Below, piece after piece: positions 8,232 to 17,115 of a DNA stretch of 29,825 nucleotides. Origin of the DNA: a virus (Duplodnaviria > Heunggongvirae > Uroviricota > Caudoviricetes). The translations under genes were made by a program, and so were the position numbers. Numbering within the stretch: the first letter of the stretch is position 1; every line of letters starts with the position of its first letter. The notes beneath the pieces are model-generated. The model saw nothing but the letters and a program-made list of their open reading frames with translations, searched no databases and was not told the DNA's origin. The stretch is from the IMG/VR virus record IMGVR_UViG_3300037467_003075, positions 128,001 through 157,825 of that record; one strand, 5' to 3'.

Positions 8232-11200
8232 TTGACACAAAAATTTGTTCACTTGCACCTGCATGGGGATGGGTCACTACTTGACGGAATGAATGACCTA
8301 GACCATCTCATAAAGAGACTTAAAGAAATTGGTCATACACAAGTAGGATTGACCGACCATGGGAGCATGTTTAACTCAGTTGCCTTTTATAAAAGGTGTA
8401 TTGAGGAAGGAATTAAACCCATCATTGGTTGTGAGTATTATGTATTCCATGACCATAAGCTGCAGAAGAAATCTGATATTGATGCACTTATCGAAGAAAC
8501 TGGCGACACATTTATAAGCGAAGAGACACACTTGGTTGTTTTAGCAAAAGACTTTAAAGGCTACCAATCACTTAGTAGGCTTACTTCTATCGGGTTCAGT
8601 GAAGGATTCTATCGAAGACCGCACATCGATTTCGAACTTCTTAAGCAACACAAAGAAGGATTAATTGTTATCGAGGGTCATGTTGGTACAACGATAGCAA
8701 AGCTGATTGAGCGTGGAGAAGTTGAAAGAGCATACGCTATTTGCAGAAAATACAAAGAGGTATTTGGTGATGACTTCTACCTAGAGATTCAGTACCATGG
8801 GTTAGAAATAGAACATGTTGTAAATCCAGTCGTAATTCAAATGAGTAAAGACCTAAATGTGAAGTTGATTGCGTCAACTGACGCTCACTATACATACAAG
8901 GAAGACGCAGAGGCACACAGGGTACTATTTGCAAACGGCATCGGGAAAACATATGATGAGTTTATGGCGGGGCCATATGAGGGGTTTACGACATGTGAAG
9001 AGTTCTATGTCAAGTCCGACGAGGAAATGATTGAGTGGATGTCTGCTTTCGGGGAAGATGGAATCCAGGCAGTCTATGATACAATGGAGATTGCTAACAA
9101 GTGTAATATAGAAATCCCCTATATGGAATATCAAGGCTCTTTTATTAACGCGAAGGGCAAGACAGAGCATAAGTGGAAACCAAAAGAATACTTGTTTCCT
9201 GTATTTGATATTCCTGTTCCATTTGCCGATGCCAGCGCATATCTTAAGCACTTAGCTAGAGCTGGACTTGAGGAAAGATTAGCAGATGGTGAGCTATTTG
9301 ATCTTGAAACCGAGAGACATTCATATCAAGACTACCAAGAAAGGTTAGAGTTTGAGCTTGAGATTATTACGAAAATGGGCTTTCCTGCTTACTTTCTTAT
9401 TCTTTGGGATGTGCTAAGGTTCTGTAGAGAAAAGGATATTCCAGTAGGAAAGGGGCGTGGTTCAGGAGCTGGCTCGTTGGTATTGTATGGTTTAAAAATT
9501 ACGGATGTTGACCCACTACAATACAATTTACTATTTGAACGCTTCTTGTCTGTTGATCGCGTGTCGCTGCCGGACATCGATTTGGATTTTTGCATGGTAA
9601 GGGTAGATGAGGTACTTGAATATGTAAAAAACAAATACGGCAGAGAATATGTGGCTAAGATTGGCACATTCGGCACACTTGGTGCTAAAGCAGTACTAAA
9701 AGATGTCGCAAGGGTATTATCTTACCCATTTGACAAAATTAATGGCCTAACAAGACAAGTAACAGATATAAGTACAACGATTGACAAAATGATGGAGAAG
9801 TATTCCGACATCAAGAATACTTATGATACAGACAAAGCTTTTCAGAAGGTTGTTAATATCGCTAAGCGACTTGAGGGACTTCAAAGGCATACATCACAAC
9901 ATGCGGCTGGAGTTATCATTTCCCCTTTCCCACTAGCTGACCTAGTTCCAACAAAGGGAACTATGCAGGATTTAGTTAGTCAGTACAGCATGGAGTTCAT
10001 TGAGCTTCTTGGTCTTGTGAAGATGGACTTCCTAAAGCTAAGGACTCTAACAATCGTAAAGAATACAGTTAGGGCAATTGAAGAGCGCACAGGAAAACGA
10101 ATTAATGTGTCTAAAATTAGATTTGATGACCAGTGTGTTTACGAAGAGTTTCAAAAAGGAAATTCTCTAGGAATTTTCCAATTCGAGTCTACAGGGATGC
10201 AAGCACTTTTAAGAAATCACAAACCAAAAAGCATTGATGACTTAGCTGCCGACAATGCCCTTTACCGTCCAGGTTGTCTTGATGCCAAGGTAGAAGACCC
10301 CGATAGTCCGTTTTTTGGAAAAACAATGGTTGATGTATATGTAGCGCGTGCATCGGGCCGAGCAGAAGTAGAGTATGACCATCCTTTACTTGAACAAGCG
10401 CAAAGGGATACATATGGAGTATTTGTATTCCAAGAGCAAGTAATGAAAGCATCAGTGATGTTAGCTGGATACACAAAAGCTGAAAGCGATGAACTTAGAA
10501 AGGTTATAGGCAAAAAGCTTATGGATAAAATGCCTATTCAAAAAGAAAAGTTTATTACTGGATGTCTAAGAAATCCTTTGTTTGTAAATGGTTGTGCCGA
10601 TGAAGATGCGAAAACAGTAGCCGAAAACATTTGGAGACAAATAGAAACCTTCGGCCGGTATGCCTTTAACGCTGCCCATAGTTATTCATATGCTATCCTT
10701 GCATACATCTCTATGTGGCTAAAGGTACATTATCCTTCATACTTCATGGCGGCTGTCCTAACTTCTTGGATGGGTGCAAAAATTGAAGAGTTTGTTCCGT
10801 ATCTTAACGAGTGTAGGCGTATGAAGATCAAGGTTCTGCCGCCAGATATCAATCATTCTGATGCCGTATTCACTGTTTCTCAAGACGAAAAAGGTATTCA
10901 CTTCGGCCTTACTGGAATTAAAGGCGTTGGGGAAAAGGCAGTTGAGAATATTCTTGAAATCAAGAAAAACCATGCCATTAATAGTTTAGTTGATTTTATG
11001 GCATTAACTGGTACTGCGGTTAATAAAACGGTTATTTCTTCGCTTATCAAATGTGGAGCTTTTGACTTTCTTGGAATCAATCGCAAAACACTCCATCAAA
11101 TGGGCGAAGACTTACTTGAGATCAATAAAAAGATTCGTGAAAAGATCAAGAATAACGCTAAGCGTAAGAAGCCTGTTGCAGATGTCAGTGTGTTCTACGA

Positions 11201-11927
11201 GCCATTGTGGAACTATCAAGCACCAAGATTTGAAGAGTTCTCCAATGCTGAGCTTTGTGAAATGGAGAGAGAACTTACGGGGTTTTACTTGGCTCACCAC
11301 CCGTTGAATGGGTATATCGATTACATTAGAACCAAGACTACACATACATCGTCAGATATCAACATCGGTATTCCAACAAAAATTTCAATGGCTGAACACC
11401 CTAATCCAGATGATGAAGAAATTGAGCCACCAACAGAAGAGGAATATGTTCCTTTGCCAAAAGGACAGACGGTTATTATCGGCGGTGTCGTTAAGCAACT
11501 TGATCTACTTACCATCCAGAACGGTCGCAGCAAAGGAAAGCAAATGGCTAAGTTCGTTATCGAAGACACTTACCAGGGCGATATCCATTGTACAGCATTT
11601 CCAGATGTTTATACAAAGTTCAAAAATACTGTTCGCCTAGGAAATGTAATCTTCATTCGTGGCAGCATTGACTACTACAGAGATATTCCACAGGTAAGTG
11701 TAGGAGAGGCCAAAGAAATCAGTCTTGATGTAGCTAAACGATATGAGCGCAACTATGACAAGGAGCTACAAGAGGTTCTGGAAATGATTAAGCTTGCGGA
11801 GGAGATTCTGGAAGCTGTTGGCACAGATGACTTAGACTTAATCAGTTCCGTTTGTGAAGAATTAATTGTCCTTTACGACAAGAAAGAAGAATTATACAAG
11901 CTGGCTAACAAGGAAGAAGTAGCATGA
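8232..11927 (+). CDS. dnaE: DNA polymerase III alpha subunit (DnaE, family C)
   Basis: PHP motifs HLHLH, SLLDG, TDHG, TDAHY; GKGRGSGAGS; PDIDLD and KMDFL catalytic aspartates; FNAAHSYSY; HhH GIKGVG; C-terminal OB fold. No intein seen. Confidence 0.97.
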   Translation: MTQKFVHLHLHGDGSLLDGMNDLDHLIKRLKEIGHTQVGLTDHGSMFNSVAFYKRCIEEGIKPIIGCEYYVFHDHKLQKKSDIDALIEETGDTFISEETHLVVLAKDFKGYQSLSRLTSIGFSEGFYRRPHIDFELLKQHKEGLIVIEGHVGTTIAKLIERGEVERAYAICRKYKEVFGDDFYLEIQYHGLEIEHVVNPVVIQMSKDLNVKLIASTDAHYTYKEDAEAHRVLFANGIGKTYDEFMAGPYEGFTTCEEFYVKSDEEMIEWMSAFGEDGIQAVYDTMEIANKCNIEIPYMEYQGSFINAKGKTEHKWKPKEYLFPVFDIPVPFADASAYLKHLARAGLEERLADGELFDLETERHSYQDYQERLEFELEIITKMGFPAYFLILWDVLRFCREKDIPVGKGRGSGAGSLVLYGLKITDVDPLQYNLLFERFLSVDRVSLPDIDLDFCMVRVDEVLEYVKNKYGREYVAKIGTFGTLGAKAVLKDVARVLSYPFDKINGLTRQVTDISTTIDKMMEKYSDIKNTYDTDKAFQKVVNIAKRLEGLQRHTSQHAAGVIISPFPLADLVPTKGTMQDLVSQYSMEFIELLGLVKMDFLKLRTLTIVKNTVRAIEERTGKRINVSKIRFDDQCVYEEFQKGNSLGIFQFESTGMQALLRNHKPKSIDDLAADNALYRPGCLDAKVEDPDSPFFGKTMVDVYVARASGRAEVEYDHPLLEQAQRDTYGVFVFQEQVMKASVMLAGYTKAESDELRKVIGKKLMDKMPIQKEKFITGCLRNPLFVNGCADEDAKTVAENIWRQIETFGRYAFNAAHSYSYAILAYISMWLKVHYPSYFMAAVLTSWMGAKIEEFVPYLNECRRMKIKVLPPDINHSDAVFTVSQDEKGIHFGLTGIKGVGEKAVENILEIKKNHAINSLVDFMALTGTAVNKTVISSLIKCGAFDFLGINRKTLHQMGEDLLEINKKIREKIKNNAKRKKPVADVSVFYEPLWNYQAPRFEEFSNAELCEMERELTGFYLAHHPLNGYIDYIRTKTTHTSSDINIGIPTKISMAEHPNPDDEEIEPPTEEEYVPLPKGQTVIIGGVVKQLDLLTIQNGRSKGKQMAKFVIEDTYQGDIHCTAFPDVYTKFKNTVRLGNVIFIRGSIDYYRDIPQVSVGEAKEISLDVAKRYERNYDKELQEVLEMIKLAEEILEAVGTDDLDLISSVCEELIVLYDKKEELYKLANKEEVA

Positions 11928-12532
11928 CAACTAAGACAAAAGAAGAAGTGTTGACACTTGCCATGTCTGTGAAGAATGGCGACAACGATGCATTTCGCGA
12001 ACTAGAAGGGGTTGCAAGACCCCTTTTAGTTTCTCTTTCCAATAAATTTTCGAGATTCCACTACAAGTTCGAGTTTGATGATTTTTATTCAATTGGATTA
12101 TTGGCTCTATATAAAGCTTGCTTGAGTTTCAGAGAAGGAAATCCATCATTTCTTAATTATGCGAAACTTGTTATCGTTCGCGCATTTTGGCGAGAGATAG
12201 AATATTGGAATCAAAACAAGCGAAATGTATTCGAGAACAGTGAAGTAGAAATTAAAGAATCAGATGATTTATATTATAATTTTGACATGGATGATGTTGT
12301 ATTTACAAGCGATTTCAGGTCAAATGTAGATACAATATTAGACGATTGTTTTAATGAGAAAAAGTCGCAGATATTAAAAATGTATTTCCTGCAAAATATG
12401 AAAGTTGTTGACATAGCTAATGAGTTAAGGCTTAACTACAAGCAGGTACACAAAACCATTGAGCGTGGCACAAAAAAGGTGAAAGTAGAGTATGTCAAGA
12501 GATATTTCCTTGACAAATCTAGCAAGTTATAA
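11924..12532 (+). CDS. phage-encoded sigma-70 family RNA polymerase sigma factor
   Basis: Region 2 DDFYSIGLLALYKACLSF...SFLNYAKLVI and region 4 HTH MKVVDIANELRLNYKQVHKTIERG; ATGA overlap with dnaE. Confidence 0.88.
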   Translation: MTTKTKEEVLTLAMSVKNGDNDAFRELEGVARPLLVSLSNKFSRFHYKFEFDDFYSIGLLALYKACLSFREGNPSFLNYAKLVIVRAFWREIEYWNQNKRNVFENSEVEIKESDDLYYNFDMDDVVFTSDFRSNVDTILDDCFNEKKSQILKMYFLQNMKVVDIANELRLNYKQVHKTIERGTKKVKVEYVKRYFLDKSSKL

Positions 12533-12547
12533 TATAATTATAATATC
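12510..12547 (+). promoter_or_regulatory. sigmaA-type phage promoter (member 3)
   Basis: Perfect TTGACA (12510-12515), 17 nt, TATAAT (12533-12538); the -35 is one arm of inverted repeat TGTCAAG/CTTGACA. Confidence 0.85.
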
Positions 12548-12561
12548 AGGAGGAAGAGAAT

Positions 12562-12873
12562 ATGCCAAAAAGACAAAATGAGATTATTGATGCAGAATTT
12601 ACACCAGTACAGGAAGCGGCCAAAGAAGGACAAGAACAAAAGGTTGTTCAATTCAATTTTGACAATGTAGCAGAAATGGTACTTGTCGGAAGGTATAAGG
12701 ACGGAAGAGAATTTGTTCAGCCTGTAAATTTCGATGATGCTTTAAAGGCGAAGATGTATCTCGACTACGGCACTCGTTATTTTGATATGATTATCGACAA
12801 AGCAATCTTTGAAAGAATCAAAGCGTACCAAGATGCGGCCGCAAAGGAGCAGAAAACCGATGTCCAAAGCTGA
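12562..12873 (+). CDS. hypothetical protein
   Basis: RBS AGGAGG; first gene after promoter; overlaps thyA start. Confidence 0.75.
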   Translation: MPKRQNEIIDAEFTPVQEAAKEGQEQKVVQFNFDNVAEMVLVGRYKDGREFVQPVNFDDALKAKMYLDYGTRYFDMIIDKAIFERIKAYQDAAAKEQKTDVQS

Positions 12874-13702
12874 TGCACAGTACCTTGATATCGCCAAACA
12901 AATTCTTGATACGGGAATTGAGCATAAGGTAGAAGGTGCATGGTATGCATCGGATGGTGGAGAGGTAGTTGTAAAAAAGCTAGGGAAACCAGTTGTGATG
13001 ACATTTGACCTACAAGAAGAGTTTCCTATCTTGACTTCTAAGTATGTTCCATGGAAAAAGTTTCGTGATGAAATGTACTGGATTTGGATTTTACAGTCCA
13101 ATGATGTACGCAAACTTCATGAAATGGATATTTATTTTTGGGATGAATGGATGGGCGAGGATTATTCAATTGGTGAGGCATACGGGTTCATTATTAAAAA
13201 ATATGGCCTATTAGATAGACTAATCGATAAAATCAAAAATAACCCTAATGACAGAGGGATGCTCGTAGACCTTAACAGCGACGAGCATTTGCCTAAGATG
13301 AATATCCGTCCTTGTGCATTCTTGACAATGTGGGATGTTTCAAATGGCTATCTAAACTGCTCATTGATTCAGCGCAGCGGTGATTGGGGATTGGGTGTTC
13401 CATTTAACTTTAGTCAGTATGCTATGTTGGTTCATATGATAGCACAAGTCACAAATCTTAAGCCGGGCGTACTGACGCATTACATAAACAATGCCCATAT
13501 TTATGATAGGCACTATGAAAAGCTCAAAGAACAATTAACAAGACCAGTATATAATGCCCCTGTGATTTCTTTGAATCAAGAGATAAAGAATATCTATGAC
13601 TTCAAGCCAGACGATATTCAAATTGTTGGATACAAAAACCTTCATGCAGGCGTACTGCCTATGGAGATTGCTACTGTAATTAACCCACATAAGAAGGGGT
13701 GA
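12860..13702 (+). CDS. thyA: thymidylate synthase
   Basis: FDLQEEFPILTSK, catalytic RPC, QRSGDWGLGVPFN (Asn of dUMP-specific enzymes), NAHIYDRH. RBS AAAGGAG favours ATG 12860. Confidence 0.93.
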   Translation: MSKADAQYLDIAKQILDTGIEHKVEGAWYASDGGEVVVKKLGKPVVMTFDLQEEFPILTSKYVPWKKFRDEMYWIWILQSNDVRKLHEMDIYFWDEWMGEDYSIGEAYGFIIKKYGLLDRLIDKIKNNPNDRGMLVDLNSDEHLPKMNIRPCAFLTMWDVSNGYLNCSLIQRSGDWGLGVPFNFSQYAMLVHMIAQVTNLKPGVLTHYINNAHIYDRHYEKLKEQLTRPVYNAPVISLNQEIKNIYDFKPDDIQIVGYKNLHAGVLPMEIATVINPHKKG

Positions 13703-13706
13703 GTCT

Positions 13707-14168
13707 ATGATTAAGGTTGTAAATGGGAACTTGTTGGACGCTACAGAGAACATTATCGGGCACCAGGTAAATTGCCAGGCCACCATGGCAAGCGGCATCG
13801 CTAAGCAGATTAGGGCAAGGTACCCTACGGTATATGATAAATATGTAGAAGCATCAAATAAGCTACATCCAGTTGAGCGACTTGGCACATGTCAAATCGT
13901 TAAAGTTGACAACAACAAATATGTTGCAAATCTATTTGGTCAGCTCTACTACGGCAGAGAGAAGAATGTGGTTTATACAAACTACATAGCTCTGGAAGCA
14001 GCCTTATCACAGTTGAAGGGGCTTGCGGAGACACAGGGACTTTCGGTCGCCTTACCTTGGCGGATAGGGTGTGGATTAGCTAATGGCAACTGGGACGATA
14101 TCGTATACCCTATGTTACATAATATATTTTTAGATTATGATTTGACGTTATACAAGATGGAGGAATAG
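13707..14168 (+). CDS. macrodomain protein (Poa1p/TARG1-like ADP-ribose hydrolase)
   Basis: GNLLDA, IIGHQVNC, MASGIAKQI, VANLFGQ, ALPWRIGCGLANGNW. Confidence 0.88.
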   Translation: MIKVVNGNLLDATENIIGHQVNCQATMASGIAKQIRARYPTVYDKYVEASNKLHPVERLGTCQIVKVDNNKYVANLFGQLYYGREKNVVYTNYIALEAALSQLKGLAETQGLSVALPWRIGCGLANGNWDDIVYPMLHNIFLDYDLTLYKMEE

Positions 14169-14170
14169 AC

Positions 14171-14665
14171 TTGAGAATTGCAGTCATCGCCGCCATCGGG
14201 CGGAACAGAGAGCTAGGAAAAGATGGAAAGTTGCCATGGCATATAAAAGAAGACCTAAAGCGATTCAGGGAAATTACAATGGGGAATGTAATTGTAATGG
14301 GACGCAAGACCTATGAAAGTCTTCCTGGTAAGCTAGATGGTCGCACAATTATTGTCCTTACAACACAGACTGATTACAATCCAAAAGATGATGATGTACT
14401 AGTATTCCATTCGGTCGGCGAAATCATCATGTACTGCTATCTACACAAGGTAGAAACGATGTATTGCGCTGGTGGCGGGGAAGTCTATAAACACTTCCTC
14501 CCTCTGGCGGATCAACTGTACTTAACAAAAGTCGATGCTTCTTACGATGCCGATACATACTTTGAGTGGAATGAAAATGAGTGGATTAACATTCAGGGGA
14601 CTTTGTATGAAAAGACTAAATCAAGGCCAGCTCTTGAAATCGGCTACTATGAGAGGACAAAGTAG
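14171..14665 (+). CDS. folA: dihydrofolate reductase
   Basis: LGKDGKLPWHIKEDLKRFR, VIVMGRKTYESL, GGGEVY, LYLT, DADTYF; TTG start after GGAGG. Confidence 0.95.
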   Translation: MRIAVIAAIGRNRELGKDGKLPWHIKEDLKRFREITMGNVIVMGRKTYESLPGKLDGRTIIVLTTQTDYNPKDDDVLVFHSVGEIIMYCYLHKVETMYCAGGGEVYKHFLPLADQLYLTKVDASYDADTYFEWNENEWINIQGTLYEKTKSRPALEIGYYERTK

Positions 14666-14878
14666 ATGGGGAAAAGGATAGTAGAGGGGTATGTTCCTGG
14701 TTTAGGATATATAGAAATTGACTTCGATGAACTTTCCCCTGGCGTTATGTTTAGGATTTTTGATGATGGAATCCCATATATAGATGAATATGGGAATACA
14801 GAATGGATTGTTAAATCTGTCCCAAAGAAAAATAGTGACGGACTACTATATGTAGAAACGGAGGAATATACTCAATGA
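14666..14878 (+). CDS. small acidic hypothetical protein
   Basis: Abuts folA stop; RBS GAGAGG. Confidence 0.65.
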   Translation: MGKRIVEGYVPGLGYIEIDFDELSPGVMFRIFDDGIPYIDEYGNTEWIVKSVPKKNSDGLLYVETEEYTQ

Positions 14879-15036
14879 AAGTTTGGAAGATATTTTGTTG
14901 GATAGGTGTAGCAGCAAGCATATACTATGCGTTTGCGACTTATATGGGTTGGGAAGAAAACTCCAACTTCGTTGTCGGAAATCTTTGGCTTGCTTGCGCA
15001 TATGTGTGGGCAATGGAGGCTAGGAAAAGACAATGA
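14875..15036 (+). CDS. 53-aa putative membrane protein (not in ORF track)
   Basis: RBS GGAGG; MKVWKIFCWIGVAASIYYAFATYMGW...NLWLACAYVWAMEARKRQ; ATGA overlaps at both ends. Confidence 0.7.
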   Translation: MKVWKIFCWIGVAASIYYAFATYMGWEENSNFVVGNLWLACAYVWAMEARKRQ

Positions 15037-16208
15037 TTATCCATTATATGTCTGCTTCAAGGATTAAGAAATATCTTCAATGTCCAGAGGCATATCATCA
15101 ATCATATGAAAACGGTGTAAAGGGAACAGCAGACCATTTAGTATTTGGTACTTTAATGCATACTACTTTTGAGCGTTGGTACCAAGAAGATGTAATGATT
15201 GAAGAAATTTATGAGCAAGAATGGCGCAAAGCGGATATTGTTGACCCAGAATTTTATCGAGACGGATTCGAAATTATCCATAATTTTTTAGGTATGAATG
15301 ATAAAGAACAGCATGTCCCCATTGGATTCGAGATGCCATTTGCAATCGATATACAAAACAATAAAATATATGATACTAGTGTAGTAGATTGGCATGATAA
15401 AGATTCCGTTAAAGCGTTCTTGAAAGAGCTTGAAGAAGCTGATGCGCCTATTATTTATGGATTTATTGATCGTGTTGAGTATGATATGGATACAGACACA
15501 TTACGCATCATTGATTACAAGACTTCACGAATCCCACTAACGCAAAGTGAAGCCGACGAAGATGTTCAGATGAGCATGTATGCCCTTGTCGCTAGGTACT
15601 TGTTCCCTGAATATCGCCGTGTTGTTCAGGAACTTCAATATGTTAGACTAGGCACACCAGTTAGGACTTCTAGAACACAGAGTGAGCTTGACGTGTTCAG
15701 AGAATGGCTGATTAGTATCTTCTACAAGATCAAAGAGGATACGGCTCATAAAGCAACATTGAACAAGTATTGCGGCTGGTGCAATGCTAAAGCTGGCTGT
15801 GTAGCATACAAAGAACTTGTTAACGGTGAAGCTGAAGATTTTACAATGGACGGTTTATCAGATGATGAGTTGCAAGATCAACTAGAGAAAATCGCTATTC
15901 ATCTTAAAATACTTGACGGTCGCAAAAAAGAAATAGAAGCTTACCTGAAAGATAAACTTAGGAGTTCAGACAATATCCCTATTCAAACAAGGAATGGGGA
16001 AATGTTCCTTACACCAAATTTAAGAACAAGTTATGATGTTGAATCAATTATTAGATTGTTCCCAGATGATTTCCCAAGGCTCTTGTCGCCGAACAAAACT
16101 GAGGTTGATAAACTAGCGAAAGGTGACGCAGACATTATTCGCCAGCTAGAACAAACATCAAACAAATACTACATTGCGCCTACGCTTAGAAAGAAAAAAT
16201 CTAAATAG
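15033..16208 (+). CDS. PD-(D/E)XK exonuclease, AddB/RecB/Cas4-like, with probable Fe-S cysteines
   Basis: SASRIKKYLQCP, FGTLMH, GFIDRV...IIDYKT, QMSMY, CGWCNAKAGC (1+3 Cys pattern). Confidence 0.88.
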   Translation: MIIHYMSASRIKKYLQCPEAYHQSYENGVKGTADHLVFGTLMHTTFERWYQEDVMIEEIYEQEWRKADIVDPEFYRDGFEIIHNFLGMNDKEQHVPIGFEMPFAIDIQNNKIYDTSVVDWHDKDSVKAFLKELEEADAPIIYGFIDRVEYDMDTDTLRIIDYKTSRIPLTQSEADEDVQMSMYALVARYLFPEYRRVVQELQYVRLGTPVRTSRTQSELDVFREWLISIFYKIKEDTAHKATLNKYCGWCNAKAGCVAYKELVNGEAEDFTMDGLSDDELQDQLEKIAIHLKILDGRKKEIEAYLKDKLRSSDNIPIQTRNGEMFLTPNLRTSYDVESIIRLFPDDFPRLLSPNKTEVDKLAKGDADIIRQLEQTSNKYYIAPTLRKKKSK

Positions 16209-16245
16209 GAATATGGTCTAATAGGTTGGCAAGGGTGTTATGTCC

Positions 16246-16283
16246 TTGCCAAATCTATCTTTTTATGATATAATATAAATATA
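16246..16283 (+). promoter_or_regulatory. sigmaA-type phage promoter (member 4)
   Basis: TTGCCA (16246-16251), 17 nt, TG-extended TATAAT (16269-16274), ATAAATATA; the -35 lies in inverted repeat TTGGCAAGG/CCTTGCCAA. Confidence 0.82.
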
Positions 16284-16302
16284 ATTCAAAGGCGGTGAGT
16301 AC

Positions 16303-16449
16303 ATGGGAGCGTTCTTCGGTGGGTTAATTTTATTTGTTCTTGGTAGCTGCATTATGGCATTGGCCGCTACAGGAACAGCATATGTAACAGTTTACGGATG
16401 GCGAGAAATCAAAAAAATGCAAGCGCAGATTAAGGAATATAAAAATTAA
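16303..16449 (+). CDS. 48-aa single-pass membrane protein (not in ORF track)
   Basis: RBS AAAGGCGGTGA; MGAFFGGLILFVLGSCIMALAATGTAYVTVYGWREIKK...; first gene after promoter. Confidence 0.7.
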   Translation: MGAFFGGLILFVLGSCIMALAATGTAYVTVYGWREIKKMQAQIKEYKN

Positions 16450-16455
16450 AAGGTT

Positions 16456-17115
16456 GTGGTTATCATCAGCTGGATAATGACTTATTCAGGAAAGAAATTC
16501 AATCTACTTGAGCCAAGCTATAAGGACGTACTATTGGCAGACATTGCACATGCTCTGGCTCAAAATTGCAGATATACTGGTCATACTAAATTCTTCTATT
16601 CTGTTGCTCAGCACTGTATTCTGGGGACAGTAAAAATGGAGGAAGACGGTATGAGTTCTAAGCTGCAATTATATTTCATGCTTCATGATGCAACAGAGAC
16701 TTGGTATAATGACATCGCCCGTCCATTAAAGCCATTGCTTAGCAATTACAAGGAAATGGAAGAAAGGGCAGAAACAGAAGTGTGGAAAGCATTCAATTTA
16801 CCAGCTCCGACAGAAGAGGAGTGGAAGATTGTAAAGTATTATGATGATTTAATGCTTTGTAATGAGATTCCAAAACTAATGAATTGCCCAGAAGAATTTG
16901 GTCTTGAGCTTAGAGATGATGGCATTGATATTGAAGAGATGAAAATTGGCGATGTCGAAAGTCTGTTTATAACAATCGTAATTGGCTTACTGATTGACGT
17001 TGCCATGGAGGGAGGATTAATTAACAATGAAACACAAGCTTCTAATTATCAGCGGCCCAAGTGGCAGCGGCAAGACGAGCATATTGCGCTCAATTATGCA
17101 AAACGAAATCGTTAG
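16456..17115 (+). CDS. HD-domain phosphohydrolase (YfdR-like 5'-deoxynucleotidase)
   Basis: MTYSGKKF, DIAHALA..CRYTGH, YSVAQH, LHDATE..YNDIARPLK. Start uncertain. Confidence 0.85.
   Translation: MVIISWIMTYSGKKFNLLEPSYKDVLLADIAHALAQNCRYTGHTKFFYSVAQHCILGTVKMEEDGMSSKLQLYFMLHDATETWYNDIARPLKPLLSNYKEMEERAETEVWKAFNLPAPTEEEWKIVKYYDDLMLCNEIPKLMNCPEEFGLELRDDGIDIEEMKIGDVESLFITIVIGLLIDVAMEGGLINNETQASNYQRPKWQRQDEHIALNYAKRNR

Noticed and set aside
12860-13702. ThyA homologue as a dCMP/dUMP hydroxymethylase supplying the glycosyltransferases
   Set aside because: It keeps the PFN Asn of dUMP-specific enzymes and is paired with DHFR, which only true thymidylate synthases need.
15033-16208. Cas4 of a CRISPR-Cas locus
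   Set aside because: No repeat-spacer array or other cas genes; solo AddB/Cas4-like exonucleases are normal phage recombination genes.
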